From the sequence record MW748993.1: 49,154 nt of DNA; one strand, written 5' to 3'. A program made the translations under genes and the position numbers. Shown one piece after another: positions 1-8,507 of this stretch. Below the pieces are notes generated by a model. That model was not told the DNA's origin. It saw nothing but the letters and a program-made list of their open reading frames with translations, and searched no databases. The DNA is from Pseudomonas phage BUCT566. Position 1 is the first letter of the stretch; each line of letters opens with the position of its first letter.

Positions 1-1
1 C

Positions 2-1372
2 ATGACTGACAAACTCGACCTCGCGGTCAATCACGCGATGAGCAGTGCTATCGCGCGTGCGCGAATGAGCCTGCTGAACCAGGGCATCGGCCATGACGCC
101 AAGCGGCCGCAGGCATGGTGCGAGTACGGATTCCCCCAGGAAATCACGTTCAACGACCTGTACACCATGTACCGGCGGGGCGGTATCGCCCATGGCGCGG
201 TCGAGAAGATCGTCACCACTTGCTGGAAGACGAATCCGCAGGTCATCGAGGGTGACGACCAGGACCGCTCCAAGGACGAAACCGAGTGGGAGAGGAAGAA
301 CAAGCCGTTGATCGCAGGCGGCAGGTTCTGGCGGGCTGTCTCCGAAGCCGACCGGCGCCGCTTGGTGGGTCGGTATTCCGGGCTGCTCCTCCACATAAGG
401 GACAGCCAGCCCTGGGATAGACCTGTTTCGGGCAAGGTCAATGGCCTGGCGAAGGTCACCCCGGCCTGGGCTGGGTGCCTTAAGCCGAAGTCGTTCGACG
501 AAAAGCCGGATAGCGAGACCTACGGGCAGCCCACCATGTGGGAATACACCGAGGCTTCCCAAGCCGGTCGTCCCGGTCTGGTGCGGGATATCCATCCGGA
601 TCGGGTGTTTATCCTCGGAGACTGGACCGGCGATGCAATCGGCTTCCTGGAGCCTGCCTACAACTCCTTCATCAGCCTGGAGAAGGTCGAGGGAGGCAGT
701 GGCGAATCGTTCCTGAAGAACGCCGCACGCCAGCTCCTGCTGAACTTCGACAAGGAGATTAACCTCGGCGAGATCGCCAGCACCTACGGCGTGACGCTCG
801 ATGCGCTCAACGAGCGCTTCAACGAGGCAGCGCGCCAGCTCAACCTCGGCGTCGATGTCCTGCTCCCGACCCAGGGGGCGACCGTCACGCAGATGGTGTC
901 CGCTGTTTCGGACCCCAGCCCCACGTACAACGTCAACCTGCAGACCGCCGCCGCCGGCGTCGACATCCCGACCAAGATTCTGGTGGGCATGCAGACCGGC
1001 GAGCGGGCGAGCAGTGAGGACCAGAAGTACCACAACGCCAGATGCCAGGCGCGCCGGGTGCAAGAACTGACGTTCGAGATCAACGACTTGTTCGCGCACC
1101 TGATGCGCATCGGCGTGGTTCCGCTGAAGGCTGAGTTCACCGCGATCTGGGATGACCTCACCGTGCCGACCAAGGCCGAGCGCTTGGCCAACTCCAAGAC
1201 CATGAGCGAGATCAACAGCGCCGCGATCGGCACTGGCGAGCCCGTGTTCACGGCGGAGGAAATACGCGAAGAAGCTGGATACGACCCGCTCGAGGGTGGC
1301 GATCCGCTGCCTGACACCGAACCGGAGGATGAAGATGCCGCGCGCACCGATCCTACCGGCGAACGGCAGTGA
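2..1372 (+). CDS. phage portal protein (N-terminus may continue upstream of the window edge)
   Basis: 456-aa ORF starting at window edge; followed by Mu F-like gene, scaffold and capsid; acidic C-terminal tail typical of portals; terminase large subunit sits at the other end of the window. Confidence 0.65.
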   Translation: MTDKLDLAVNHAMSSAIARARMSLLNQGIGHDAKRPQAWCEYGFPQEITFNDLYTMYRRGGIAHGAVEKIVTTCWKTNPQVIEGDDQDRSKDETEWERKNKPLIAGGRFWRAVSEADRRRLVGRYSGLLLHIRDSQPWDRPVSGKVNGLAKVTPAWAGCLKPKSFDEKPDSETYGQPTMWEYTEASQAGRPGLVRDIHPDRVFILGDWTGDAIGFLEPAYNSFISLEKVEGGSGESFLKNAARQLLLNFDKEINLGEIASTYGVTLDALNERFNEAARQLNLGVDVLLPTQGATVTQMVSAVSDPSPTYNVNLQTAAAGVDIPTKILVGMQTGERASSEDQKYHNARCQARRVQELTFEINDLFAHLMRIGVVPLKAEFTAIWDDLTVPTKAERLANSKTMSEINSAAIGTGEPVFTAEEIREEAGYDPLEGGDPLPDTEPEDEDAARTDPTGERQ

Positions 1373-1406
1373 CCCGACCGGGGTAGATCGCCTGGAAAGG
1401 GGCGCA

Positions 1407-2258
1407 ATGCGCGAGTTCGACAGGCGCATGCGGAAGATCAGGGATGGCTACGTGGCCGCCCTGGATCGAATCCCGGCCCAGCCGGTGGTGAACGAGCAGT
1501 ACACCTACCGTCTCGACCAGGCTCTTCTCTCCGCGATCTTCGCCGACACCAACCTGATGGTCGACGAGATCCTGCAAGAAGGCGGAGAGCGTGACCTCTG
1601 GTTCTTCGAGTCCTACGTCGGGGTTGCCTACATCCGCGGGACTGCGCAGACCCACGCCAACCTGGCGCAGCAGTCGCCGGCGTATCGCGCTGGCCGGGAG
1701 TCGCTGGATGTGCTCCTCCGATCCGACGCCTACCGCGCGCGCATGGCGCTGCTTCGCGCTCGGGAGTTCGAGGAAATGAAGGGGTTGTCGGGCCAGGTCA
1801 AGGCCGACATGGCGCGCATCCTCGCCGAAGGCATGGGGCGCGGGAAGAATCCCCGGGAGATTGCACGGGACCTGACCGCCCAGAGCGGCATCGAGGCGCG
1901 TCGAGGCCATCGCATCGCCCGCACCGAGGTCACTACCGCACTCCGAAGGGCCCGCTGGGACGAGAAAGACGCTGCTGAGGCCGATTACGGCGTCCAGTCG
2001 AAGCTGATGCACATGTCGGCCCTGTCCCCCAGTACCAGGGCAACCCATGCGGCCAGGCACGCCAGGCTCTACACCTCGGACGAGCTGAGGGACTGGTACA
2101 GCCGAGACGGAAACTCGATCAACTGCAAGTGCAGCCAGGTCGAGGTACTGGTCGATGACGAAGGGAACCCGGTTGTCCCGGCCATCGTCGAGCGCGCGCG
2201 CCGCAACTACCAAGTCATGAAAGCCAAAGGGCGCGGGCCCTGGGCGAAAGAGGATTGA
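1407..2258 (+). CDS. head morphogenesis protein, Mu F / SPP1 gp7 family
   Basis: ATG at 1407 with GAAAGGGG RBS (in-frame alternatives at 1296/1329 overlap portal); conserved HAARH..Y.S..W..DGNS..C.CS...V motif region of Phage_Mu_F-type proteins; position after portal. Confidence 0.7.
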   Translation: MREFDRRMRKIRDGYVAALDRIPAQPVVNEQYTYRLDQALLSAIFADTNLMVDEILQEGGERDLWFFESYVGVAYIRGTAQTHANLAQQSPAYRAGRESLDVLLRSDAYRARMALLRAREFEEMKGLSGQVKADMARILAEGMGRGKNPREIARDLTAQSGIEARRGHRIARTEVTTALRRARWDEKDAAEADYGVQSKLMHMSALSPSTRATHAARHARLYTSDELRDWYSRDGNSINCKCSQVEVLVDDEGNPVVPAIVERARRNYQVMKAKGRGPWAKED

Positions 2259-2261
2259 GCC

Positions 2262-3539
2262 ATGCCCATGCAGGTCAACATCACCACCCAGGTCAACAGC
2301 GCCAGTATTCGACGTGAGACCTACAACGGGCGCGAACACCTGGTTCTGCCGAGCTACACCCTGCCGGCCGGGGTGGTCATGAACGGTGGTCTCTACACCG
2401 CCGAGCAGATCGACAAGCACTACCCAGGGCTGGAGGGAACGCTCGCGCCGCTCGGCCACCCGATGGTCGATGGGAAGTTCGTTTCGGCGTTCTCCCCTGA
2501 AGGGATCAACGTCGGCCATATCGGCGCCTGGAACCGAAACGTGAAGAAGTCCGGCAACCGGGTCTACATGGAGAAGTGGGTCGACGTCGAGTTCGCCAAG
2601 TCCACGGAAGGCGGTCGTGAACTGTTGCAGCGCGTCGAGGCGCTGGAGAAGGGGGAGGACGTTCCCCCGATCCATACCAGCGTTGCAGCATTCCTCAACC
2701 GCATCGAGCCGAACGAAAGCCAGCGCGCCCAGGGCGCGGAGTGGGTCGCCGACATCCAGAGCATGGACCACGACGCGATCCTGCTGCACGAAGTAGGGGC
2801 GGCCACTCCTGAGCAGGGCGTCGGCCTCATGGTGAACGCGGACCAGGCTGTGCCGCTTCAGCCGAACTCCGGCGCCCTGGTTGGCGAGTCCTACCGGGAG
2901 CGTGAGCAGCGCCTGGACCGAGCCGCAAAGGAGCGATTCGCCTCCGGCCCCGACCAGTACGCATGGGTTGCCGACTTCACCGATTCCCAGGCCGTGATCA
3001 GCCTCAACGGCGGTGTGACCGAGGTGTACGGCTACAAGGTCGAGGCAGGGAAGATCGTCTTCGACGAGTCCGGCCATCCCGTTGTCCGGCAAGAGTCCTG
3101 GGTGGCCATGGTGGCCAACAGCATCAAGAACATTTTCACCCATCGTCAGGCTCGGCCTGATCAACCTGAGAAGGAGGGCGACATGCCCCTGACCCCCGAA
3201 GAAAAGGCCGAAATCGTGAAGGAAATCGGCACCAACACCTCCAGCGCCATCAAGGAACTGGCGGACACCATCATCAAGCCCCTGGCCGACAAGGTCGACG
3301 GCCTGGTCGCCAACCACAAGGCCCTGGCCGACACGCTGACCGCCAACCAGCGCGCCGAGGAAGACAGCATGCGCGAAGCGGTCAAGGCCAAGTTCGGCGA
3401 GGTCATCGCCAACAGCCTGGCCGGCGACGCGCTCAAGGAAATGTTCAAGCAGTGCGGCGAGTCCGCCCCGCTGGGCGCCAATGCCGCCACCGACAAAGGC
3501 GGTCTCACCGCCGATATCAACAACCTGCCGAAGGAGTAA
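2262..3539 (+). CDS. prohead scaffold/protease-like protein (DUF2213-like N-domain, coiled-coil C-terminus)
   Basis: AGAGGA RBS; N-terminal ~300 aa globular, C-terminal ~120 aa heptad-rich Lys/Glu/Ala coiled coil; position between MuF and capsid genes. Confidence 0.5.
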   Translation: MPMQVNITTQVNSASIRRETYNGREHLVLPSYTLPAGVVMNGGLYTAEQIDKHYPGLEGTLAPLGHPMVDGKFVSAFSPEGINVGHIGAWNRNVKKSGNRVYMEKWVDVEFAKSTEGGRELLQRVEALEKGEDVPPIHTSVAAFLNRIEPNESQRAQGAEWVADIQSMDHDAILLHEVGAATPEQGVGLMVNADQAVPLQPNSGALVGESYREREQRLDRAAKERFASGPDQYAWVADFTDSQAVISLNGGVTEVYGYKVEAGKIVFDESGHPVVRQESWVAMVANSIKNIFTHRQARPDQPEKEGDMPLTPEEKAEIVKEIGTNTSSAIKELADTIIKPLADKVDGLVANHKALADTLTANQRAEEDSMREAVKAKFGEVIANSLAGDALKEMFKQCGESAPLGANAATDKGGLTADINNLPKE

Positions 3540-3542
3540 GCC

Positions 3543-3992
3543 ATGTCTCGCTATCGTCGCGTGAACATCGACGGCAAGTCGCTGTTCAAGACCGAAACCC
3601 GCAAGACCGCCGCGGATCTCCTGCCCGGCACGTTCGCCGTGATCAATGGCAGCGACCTGTTCGCCCAGGCAAGCGCAAGCGTTGGCCGACTCTACGTCAT
3701 CGACTGCGCTCACCACGAAGGTCTCAACATCCGCGATGCGGTTCCCGCCGGCCATTCGGCCGTGGGCAACTACGTCGAAGAGGGTCGCGAACTCGCCGTG
3801 CTGTGCCCGGCCGGTACCTACAAGAAGGACACGCCGATCAAGCTCGGAACCAGTGGCCAGGGTGCCATCGCGTCGAGCGATACCGACACGGTCCTCGGTT
3901 ACAGCCAGGACGATGCAGTCATCGCCTCCGGCCAAACCGACTTCATCCGCATCCGCTTCCGTGTCGGCAGTGTCGCCGCCCCGGCGCCCTAA
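3543..3992 (+). CDS. head structural/decoration protein (hypothetical)
   Basis: 149-aa ORF with AAGGAG RBS between scaffold and capsid genes. Confidence 0.35.
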   Translation: MSRYRRVNIDGKSLFKTETRKTAADLLPGTFAVINGSDLFAQASASVGRLYVIDCAHHEGLNIRDAVPAGHSAVGNYVEEGRELAVLCPAGTYKKDTPIKLGTSGQGAIASSDTDTVLGYSQDDAVIASGQTDFIRIRFRVGSVAAPAP

Positions 3993-4007
3993 TAGGAGTA
4001 CGGACAC

Positions 4008-5102
4008 ATGTTCCTCACCCAGCAAGCAATCGCCGCCCATCCCCGCCTGATGGGCCACTTCCAGGAGTTGCAGGCCAACCGCAACATCTGGAACAACCAG
4101 AACGCCGCTATGCTCGCCGAGCACCGCGGCGCCATGACCCCGGGAATGCTGGCCTGCAATGCGCTGGCCGGCCTGGGTCGTGAGTTCTGGGCAGAGATCG
4201 ACGCCCAGATCATCCAGTACCGCAACCAGGAGACCGGCATGGAGATCGTCAACGACCTCCTGCAGGTGCAGACCGTTCTGCCGATCGGCAAGAGTGCCAA
4301 ACTCTACAACGTGGTCGGCGACATCGCCGATGACGTGTCGGTGAGCATCGACGGCCAGGCCCCGTACTCCTTCGATCACACCGAGTACAACTCCGACGGC
4401 GACCCGATCCCGGTATTCACCGCCGGCTACGGTGTCAACTGGCGCCATGCCGCTGGCATGAGCACCGTCGGCATCGACCTGGTCCTGGATTCCCAGGCCG
4501 CGAAGCTCCGCAAGTTCAACAAGCGGATCGTTGCCTACACCCTGGACGGTGCCACCAACATCCAGGTCGAGAACTACCCAGCTCAGGGTCTGCGCAATCA
4601 CCGCAACACCATCAAGGTCAACCTGGGCTCCGGCGCCGGCGGCGCGAACATCGACCTGACCACTGCCACGCCGCAGCAGATCATCGACTTCTTCACCAAA
4701 GGCGCATTCGGCCAAGCCGCGCGCACGAACAAGGTCGACGCCTACGACGTGCTCTGGGTTTCTCCGGAAATCAACGCCAACCTCGCTCAGCCGTACATGA
4801 TCACCATGGGCGGCGGTGCGAATGCGGTAGTGGCCGGCACCGTGCTCGATGCGGTCATGCGCTTCATCCCGGCGCGCGAGGTTCGCCAGACCTTCGCCCT
4901 GTCGGGCAACGAGTTCCTGGGTTATCAGCGACGTCGTGACGTGGTGTCCCCGCTAGTCGGCATGGCTACCGGTGTTATCCCGCTGCCGCGCCCGCTGCCG
5001 CAGGTCAACTACAACTTCCAGATCATGAGCGCCATGGGCATCCAGGTGAAGAAGGACGACGAAGGTCTGTCCGGCGTGATCTACGGCGCCAACCTGGCGT
5101 AA
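4008..5102 (+). CDS. major capsid protein
   Basis: 364-aa ORF with TAGGAGTA RBS directly after scaffold/decoration genes; size and position typical of MCP in portal-MuF-DUF2213 head modules. Confidence 0.6.
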   Translation: MFLTQQAIAAHPRLMGHFQELQANRNIWNNQNAAMLAEHRGAMTPGMLACNALAGLGREFWAEIDAQIIQYRNQETGMEIVNDLLQVQTVLPIGKSAKLYNVVGDIADDVSVSIDGQAPYSFDHTEYNSDGDPIPVFTAGYGVNWRHAAGMSTVGIDLVLDSQAAKLRKFNKRIVAYTLDGATNIQVENYPAQGLRNHRNTIKVNLGSGAGGANIDLTTATPQQIIDFFTKGAFGQAARTNKVDAYDVLWVSPEINANLAQPYMITMGGGANAVVAGTVLDAVMRFIPAREVRQTFALSGNEFLGYQRRRDVVSPLVGMATGVIPLPRPLPQVNYNFQIMSAMGIQVKKDDEGLSGVIYGANLA

Positions 5103-5111
5103 GGGGGCGAC

Positions 5112-5303
5112 GTGCGCTACGAAGTGACCCGCGCCTGGCATGGCGTAAGCGTGGGCGACGTGGTGGAACTGGAGCACCTTCACCCGTCGCTGAAACCCAA
5201 CGTGCGCCCCCTCGGCGGTGATTCTGTCCTCGAAGCAGCTACGCCGGCTGCAAGTTCGGATGTCGAGCAGAAACGCCGAGGGCGACCGCCGAAAACCGAG
5301 TGA
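5112..5303 (+). CDS. small protein with AT-hook-like C-terminus (RRGRPPK)
   Basis: GTG start preceded by AAGGGGG; 63 aa. Confidence 0.3.
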   Translation: MRYEVTRAWHGVSVGDVVELEHLHPSLKPNVRPLGGDSVLEAATPAASSDVEQKRRGRPPKTE

Positions 5304-5387
5304 CCGGTGCGTGACGAGAGGCCGCCTGCGGGCGGCTTCGTCGTTTCTGGCCCCAGAAATGGGGCCTTCTTCTTCCAGGAATCGGAC

Positions 5388-5789
5388 ATGATCACAGTTG
5401 AACAGGCCCGGCAGTACCTGCAGAGCCAGGGCATCGACAACGTGCCCGATTTCATCCTTGCGGCGTGGATCGAGCAATTGCAGCAGATCCAGGACTGCAT
5501 GGATGCCCATTACCCGGCATCGACCGCGCTGCTGATTCAGGCCTACCTGCTGGCGCTATTCGCCTTGGCCCAGGCCGACAAGTACATCAGCAGCCAGACG
5601 GCACCATCCGGCGCTTCTCGATCGTTCCGCTACCAGGCCTTTGCTGATCGCTGGAAGGCGCAGTTGGCCTTGCTGAACGCCCTGGACAAGTACGGATGTG
5701 CGACGGGGCTGATTCCCCCGAACCCAACCCAGACCGCACACGGCGGTCTTTGGATCGCGCGCGGTGGCTGCATGTGTGGTGACTCATGA
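5388..5789 (+). CDS. head-tail connector/adaptor protein
   Basis: ATG with AGGAA RBS (ORF-track start 5307 is an upstream extension); position after capsid gene. Confidence 0.4.
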   Translation: MITVEQARQYLQSQGIDNVPDFILAAWIEQLQQIQDCMDAHYPASTALLIQAYLLALFALAQADKYISSQTAPSGASRSFRYQAFADRWKAQLALLNALDKYGCATGLIPPNPTQTAHGGLWIARGGCMCGDS

Positions 5790-6106
5790 GCACGACAGCG
5801 AATTGGAGTTACACCAACACGGCGATGATTCGGCCATTCCTGCACTTCGACCTTTCGACCCAGGAGGCCGTTTACGGCCCCGAGTACGAGATCGCCTGCA
5901 CCTGGGTAGCGAAAGGTGAGCAGGTCCGCGATAACAACGGCGCCGAGTTCGTGTCGCGCCACCAGATCTACACCGAGGACCGCCGGCCGAAGTACCTGGA
6001 CCTGATCCAGTTCGACGGCTCCAACGGCTGGGAAGAGATTCGCTCGGTGACGAACTGGGACATGTCCTTCTTCGGCGAGCAGCCGGACTTTCTACTGGTG
6101 ACCTGA
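5786..6106 (+). CDS. head-tail joining protein
   Basis: 106-aa ORF, ATGA overlap with upstream gene. Confidence 0.4.
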   Translation: MSTTANWSYTNTAMIRPFLHFDLSTQEAVYGPEYEIACTWVAKGEQVRDNNGAEFVSRHQIYTEDRRPKYLDLIQFDGSNGWEEIRSVTNWDMSFFGEQPDFLLVT

Positions 6107-6107
6107 C

Positions 6108-6512
6108 ATGGCAATCCAAGGCATCGACCGCGTCCGGCGGAATCTTCGTGTGGCTGTCGAAAACATCGCCGGCGGCGTTTCCGAGCGCGCTGTTTATGAG
6201 GTGCTGAGCCAGGGAGCCGGCGCGGCGGATGCAATGACGCCGACCGAAACATCAACCTTGATCAACAGTAGGACGTCGCCCCAGATCACTGTTGGCCCCA
6301 ACGGGGTCGAGGGTAGCGTCGGTTACACCGCTTCCTACGCGGCGGCAGTCCACGAAGCGCCAGGTACTCTCGCCGGCCAGCCGCGGGACGAGAACGACCC
6401 TAGCCGGGGAAACTACTGGGACCCGAATGCGGAGCCTGAATTTCTCACGAAGGGCTTTGACCAGATCATTCCAGCCATCCCGGCCATCCTCCGCAGGACA
6501 TACCGCGTATGA
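6108..6512 (+). CDS. HK97 gp10-like tail completion protein
   Basis: 134 aa; SYAAAVHEAPGT region resembles gp10-family YA..VE.G motif; gene order. Confidence 0.45.
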   Translation: MAIQGIDRVRRNLRVAVENIAGGVSERAVYEVLSQGAGAADAMTPTETSTLINSRTSPQITVGPNGVEGSVGYTASYAAAVHEAPGTLAGQPRDENDPSRGNYWDPNAEPEFLTKGFDQIIPAIPAILRRTYRV

Positions 6513-6883
6513 CCCCCTACGACGCCTTCCAGGACTGGCTGGCTTCGATCCTGGGCGAGGGCTACCAGTACAGCCGTGGGATGTGGGTCGACCACCCCTC
6601 GCTCGACTCGGCATTCATCGCAGCGATCCAGCAAACCGGCGGTCCCCCGACCCAGGTCGACATTCGTCGCCTGCGGTTCAAGGTGATCCTCCTCGGCCCG
6701 AAGGGCGTCCGGAAACACGTTGTCGATGTCGGCAACTCAATCGAGACCCTGGCGCAGGCAGCGCTTGGTGACAGCGTCCCCTGTGGCGCCGCATCTGTTC
6801 GGGCAATCGGCGAGCCGATCGGGCCTGGATACACCACCGAAAACCGGGCCTGGTACAGCCTGGACCTTGAAGTTCTCTATTAA
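6509..6883 (+). CDS. tail terminator-like protein
   Basis: 124-aa ORF immediately upstream of major tail gene, overlapping stop/start. Confidence 0.4.
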   Translation: MTPYDAFQDWLASILGEGYQYSRGMWVDHPSLDSAFIAAIQQTGGPPTQVDIRRLRFKVILLGPKGVRKHVVDVGNSIETLAQAALGDSVPCGAASVRAIGEPIGPGYTTENRAWYSLDLEVLY

Positions 6884-6897
6884 TCAGGAGGCCAGAC

Positions 6898-7893
6898 ATG
6901 GCTTGCAAGAAGCTCAAATTTCCGGGCCGCGACGTCGTGCTCGAGTATTACATCGGGTGCGGCGATGCGCTGCCGGCGGAGAATGACTGGCTCCGTTTCG
7001 GGTCGCTCCGCACGAAGGAGTTCACTATCGAATGGGACACCATCGACGCAACCGATTCCGACTCGGTCGGCGCGCTGCGCGAGAACCTGGCTAGCTTCCA
7101 GACGCTGACCATTTCCGGTGACGGTATCGTGAAGTCCTCCGGTGCTGGCGCGCAGAACCTGATCGACCTGACGAAGCATGTCGTGAAGCCGGACGCGACC
7201 GGCGGGCAGCCTGTTGCCTGGATGCGCATGACCTTCCCGGACCTGACGTTCACTGCATTCATGCTCATCAGCAACCTCAGCCGCTCCGCGCCTTACGACG
7301 ATGCCACCACCTACAGCTTCGAGGCTTCGGCGACCGCTTCGGACTTCGGCCTGATCGTCGAGGATACCCCCGATGCGGATGCGCCGGACCCGACCAGCAT
7401 TCAGGTCGTGCCGGAGACTCTTTCGCTGACCGTTGGCGAGGACTTCAACTTCGAGGGCGTCGTGCTACCAGTTGGCGCTCCGCAAGGCCTGCGCTGGACT
7501 TCCAGTGCGCCGACCGTGGCCGCGGTGAACGCGGTTACCGGCGAGGTGAGCGCGCTGTCGGCCGGCACCGCCACGATCACCGCTGCTTCCAGCGTCGCCC
7601 CGGGCGTCACCGATACCGCAACTGTCACGGTCGTCCCGCTGGTGCAGGGCATCACTGTCTCGCCGACCTCCGTCTCGATCGCCGAAAGCGCCACCCAGCA
7701 ACTGACCGCCGCTGTATCCCCGACCGGGGCGGCTCCTGGCCTGGTCTACGAAAGCGCGGCGCCGGCGATTGTCACCGTGAGCTCGACCGGCCTGGTGACC
7801 GGTGTTGATGTCGGTACCACCACGGTGAAAATCACCAGTGCGGCGCGGCCGTCGGTGAGCGTGACCGTTCCGGTAACCGTCACTGCGCCGTGA
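6898..7893 (+). CDS. major tail protein with C-terminal Big_2 (Ig-like) domains
   Basis: C-terminal ~130 aa is Thr/Val/Ala/Ser-rich with repeated SA.TATITA / TVKITSAA patterns characteristic of bacterial Ig-like group 2 domains; position before chaperone/TMP. Confidence 0.6.
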   Translation: MACKKLKFPGRDVVLEYYIGCGDALPAENDWLRFGSLRTKEFTIEWDTIDATDSDSVGALRENLASFQTLTISGDGIVKSSGAGAQNLIDLTKHVVKPDATGGQPVAWMRMTFPDLTFTAFMLISNLSRSAPYDDATTYSFEASATASDFGLIVEDTPDADAPDPTSIQVVPETLSLTVGEDFNFEGVVLPVGAPQGLRWTSSAPTVAAVNAVTGEVSALSAGTATITAASSVAPGVTDTATVTVVPLVQGITVSPTSVSIAESATQQLTAAVSPTGAAPGLVYESAAPAIVTVSSTGLVTGVDVGTTTVKITSAARPSVSVTVPVTVTAP

Positions 7894-8507
7894 TCCTCAC
7901 CGAGATCGGTGAGATAGGCGTACACACGGCCTCGGGGGAGTGCTTTCTCCTGCGGCCGTCCCTGTACGCCATGACCCAGCTCGGTACGCCGGCCGAGATT
8001 GTCGACGTCTTCGCGCGCGTCATGAGCGACCCGATCACCGAGAAGCATCAGGCGGACCAGTTCGCCGACGCCCTGGCCGTGGTGGTGGCCTGTAGTGAGC
8101 AGGACCTGTCCGACGTGTTTGGCTACTACGACCAGGACCTGGTCTACCGGCCAGGAACTGCGGACGTCGAGCACCTTGTGCCTCTCGCGCGCTGCCTGCT
8201 GAAGCACGGCGTCACAGGAGCGATTCCGCCACTCCCCCGGCGCCACGACGAAGAGCCGAACTACTCGGGGGAATTCGTTGCGCGGGAGTACGTCGCGACG
8301 GCGATAGCGCACCTGGGGCTGAGCGAGCGCGAAGCCTGGTCCATGACCATGACCGGCCTGATCGGCGCCCTGCGCGCGAAATACCCCCCAACCGAATCGA
8401 ACGCTCCGGGCGCCAGAGCCCCGACCGCGGCAGAGCATGACGCGACGATGGAGTGGTTCGACAAGATCGAGGCCAAGCGCAAGGCGCGGGCGAAAGGAGC
8501 ACCCTGA
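7890..8507 (+). CDS. tail assembly chaperone
   Basis: 205-aa ORF between major tail and tape measure genes; GTG start overlapping upstream stop. Confidence 0.45.
   Translation: MILTEIGEIGVHTASGECFLLRPSLYAMTQLGTPAEIVDVFARVMSDPITEKHQADQFADALAVVVACSEQDLSDVFGYYDQDLVYRPGTADVEHLVPLARCLLKHGVTGAIPPLPRRHDEEPNYSGEFVAREYVATAIAHLGLSEREAWSMTMTGLIGALRAKYPPTESNAPGARAPTAAEHDATMEWFDKIEAKRKARAKGAP

Noticed and set aside
8380-8507. Programmed -1 frameshift (G/GT-like) at CCCCCCA in tail chaperone gene
   Set aside because: The -1 frame closes at a TGA (8438-40) after 16 codons and otherwise only leads into the tape-measure start; no T-domain-sized extension
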